From assembly GCA_963765765.1 (NCBI GenBank), contig CAVXYC010000015.1, positions 608,001-672,000 of the forward strand: a DNA stretch of 64,000 bases, written 5' to 3'. The position numbers were made by a program, and so were the translations under genes. Below are positions 61,658-64,000 of this stretch, piece by piece (position 1 is the first letter of the stretch; the number at the start of each line of letters is the position of its first letter). The notes beneath the pieces are model-generated. The model was given only the letters and a program-made list of their open reading frames with translations, did no database searches and was not told where the DNA came from. This DNA comes from an uncultured Chloroflexia bacterium (GTDB taxonomy: Bacteria > Chloroflexota > UBA6077 > JACCZL01).

Positions 61658-61865
61658 CAACCTTCTTGTCGGTGGAGGGCTCCAGATCCTGCTATTCGAT
61701 TGAGGCAGTGGCCAATGGGGAAGTTACCGTGCGCAGCCGCGGCGGCCGTCACGCCTTGACACGGCCCGAGAGAACACTGATGGCGCCAGGGTGGGCCGAT
61801 TTACGCGGTGGCGGTCGCGTTTCTGACAGTAAAGCACAGTGCTACGCTTCGTGCGGAGATGGGAG

Positions 61866-62096
61866 ATGTACAGGATGGCAATAGAGCAGAAAACCTGGCC
61901 CCCGGTCGTCGGGCAGTCGGTCCGCTTGAAGTCGGAACCGTACCGGCACGGCGAGGTGGTAGGTATCGATGGAACCGGTGGCGATGCCGTGTACTTGGTC
62001 GTGGTGATGCGCTCAATGATCACCGGCCGCTTGGGCGAGTTCCGAAGAATCGCCGATGAGCCGATCCGGTGGGGCCTCGCTGATCTTGAGCGGTGA
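61866..62096 (+). CDS. Small hypothetical protein, WPP/SH3-like family copy 3
   Basis: WPPVVGQSVRLKS...GEVVGIDGTGGDAVYLV...LADLER. Confidence 0.7.
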   Translation: MYRMAIEQKTWPPVVGQSVRLKSEPYRHGEVVGIDGTGGDAVYLVVVMRSMITGRLGEFRRIADEPIRWGLADLER

Positions 62097-62320
62097 CCGT
62101 CCCCTGGTGACCGTCCCCTGACATCGATTCGGTGTAGTCGTCGGTTCCGCTTCTGAAATGAGCGCAGTCCGCCGCTCGTCGTGTCAGCTCGACTGAGAGG
62201 GACGCGAGCAGCGTGCCGGACGGGCCAGTTCTACAGAAATCCATTCACCCGCCGGTTCGTACGGCTCTCCGGCAATTCTCCGCCTTTCCGTCGGGGAATG
62301 CGGAAATGTGAGTACTTGGG

Positions 62321-64000
<1,680 letters not shown>

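Overview
GC-rich bacterial genomic DNA. Gene content (F420/LLM enzymes, XPB helicase plus partner, MrfAB, an MshC-like ligase, DUF1015, a GAAC-N4-GTTC SOS box) suggests a soil Chloroflexota or related monoderm, probably an uncultured long-read assembly; the taxon is inferred. About a dozen otherwise intact genes, including trxB and ahcY, carry single-base frameshifts that are most likely sequencing errors. The window has three zones. (1) 1-9.5 kb: VOC, SRPBCC, ArsR, YciI, DoxX and DUF1801 small-molecule response genes, a BNR beta-propeller/MoaD pair and two deletion remnants. (2) 9.6-42.6 kb: mostly core genes. These are an SAH riboswitch with ahcY, a LigB-like dioxygenase, XPB plus helicase-associated protein, MBL/NUDIX, trxB, an AI-2E transporter, split AbrB, a PEP-mutase-family gene, mrfAB with an SOS box, YihY, LOG, OCD, LysM, DUF1015, ggt, YncE, an MshC/CysS-like ligase and an LLM enzyme. 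This zone also holds the best novelty candidate: a tightly coupled three-gene operon encoding a TAT-less reductive-dehalogenase-like enzyme, an Fe-S-less B12-domain paralog and a ferredoxin-GlcG/HbpS fusion, followed by a possibly structured non-coding region. (3) 42.7-64 kb: a decaying accessory region of gene fragments, stress-type genes (GlsB, PRC-barrel, DUF1003, glycogen debranching), two-component genes and several recurring families of small unknown proteins and non-coding motifs. No CRISPR array, rRNA, intact tRNA, integrase or transposase was found.
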